Assembly (NCBI GenBank): GCA_020137815.1
Contig: CM035356.1
Span: forward strand, 3,658,001 to 3,722,000
DNA from: Hormiphora californensis
Taxonomy: Eukaryota > Animalia > Ctenophora
Length of the DNA: 64,000 bases
Reading direction: 5' to 3'
Shown here: in pieces, positions 63,201 through 64,000 of the stretch
Layout of the letters: each line of letters opens with the position of its first letter
Position numbering within the stretch: the stretch's first letter is position 1
Translations under genes and position numbers: made by a program
The notes under the pieces: generated by a model
Databases searched by the model: none
The model's input: the letters and a program-made list of their open reading frames with translations, nothing else
What the model was told of the DNA's origin: nothing

Positions 63201-63567
63201 GTCGCCCCATGCGTGAGGCTCAGTCCATCCCCGCCTATAACACGAGGAAAATGTATAATTAGGATAATTAAAAATGGGCATTATGCAATGTTCATGGGCT
63301 TCACCACCATCTCCGCCAACCGGAGCGAGGGCGGAGAATCTCCGGTTCTAAGTGTATGGAAGATGTGTTGATTTTGGGGCAATTACAATCAGACAAACTG
63401 CAAAATACAGGCGGCGACACGGTCAAAACTTCTGTTTGAGCTTTTCATACCACCTGACCGGAGCTATCGCCCCTTATCAAATGCTCCGTGTGTCCCTGTG
63501 CGTGATGCGTCCGGGGCGACAGCCGACAGGCGACAACCACGGTCACAGGGCCTGTAACCCCCCACAA

Positions 63568-64000
63568 GTAGTAAATGTAAATGTAAATGTAATATAATCA
63601 TTTATATATACCACTTTATAGTGTAAAATATTGGAGCATGCACTACTAGCCAACGCTCTACACACTCCTCACTTTCAAAAGTGGTACAGATACAAAACAT
63701 GAGCATACATAAATAGTTAATTTGTAGGGAACTATCCCACTTGGATAACATTATTGCGGATGAAATAACAGCCGTCTGGATCTTCTAATCGTAACCGTTT
63801 CAAAGTGGACCTGAGAGCTTTTTGCTCCTTCAGTTCAGAGGGCGTTAGGTCCGGAGAGAGATAAACAGCCGAAAACTGTTTAGAGTCCTTGAGGTTTCGT
63901 AGGCCTAGCGCGGAGCGCCGTCGCTCCAGTACGGGTATATTTAGTCGTGCCCCCGGGCCCAGGACCCAGGGGCTGCAACGTGCAAGGCCCAGCAGGGGTC
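63568..64000 (-). mobile_element. Second ORF1-only LINE derivative (3' part; runs off right edge)
   Basis: 63905-63732 encodes LKDSKQFSAVYLSPDLTPSELKEQKALRSTLKRLRLEDPDGCYFIRNNVIQVG*, homologous to the 15934 ORF. A ~140-bp UTR and a (CATTTA)n tail at 63571-63592 follow. Confidence 0.8.

Overview
Eukaryotic (metazoan) genomic DNA, rich in (GA)n microsatellites, with short introns, one 100-N gap and several error-ridden stretches. The style is compatible with an early-branching animal such as a ctenophore, but that is inference only. Manual splicing and translation recover eight host genes, several barely visible in the ORF track: a RING-H2 ligase running off the left edge (-), a 7-exon ~951-aa PHAX-domain gene (-), a frameshifted XK-related gene (-), intronless HSPBAP1 (+), a PLEKHH/MAX-1-like MyTH4-FERM gene (+), a 10-exon 370-aa orphan 7TM receptor (-), a sushi/CCP-repeat gene (+) and EEIG1/FAM102 (-). 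Between and inside them are nested mobile elements: three divergent CRE-like (RT+RLE) non-LTR retrotransposon copies plus an isolated 3' end, TTAA-flanked Kolobok-like elements (one splits a CRE RT at a non-canonical CTAA site), several MITEs and a possible Helitron relic. The most notable observation is a pair of ORF1-only LINE derivatives that share the ORF1 C-terminus, lack ORF2 and carry different 3' UTRs and microsatellite tails; one is complete and TSD-bounded. All protein family calls come from motif recognition by eye, not database searches.
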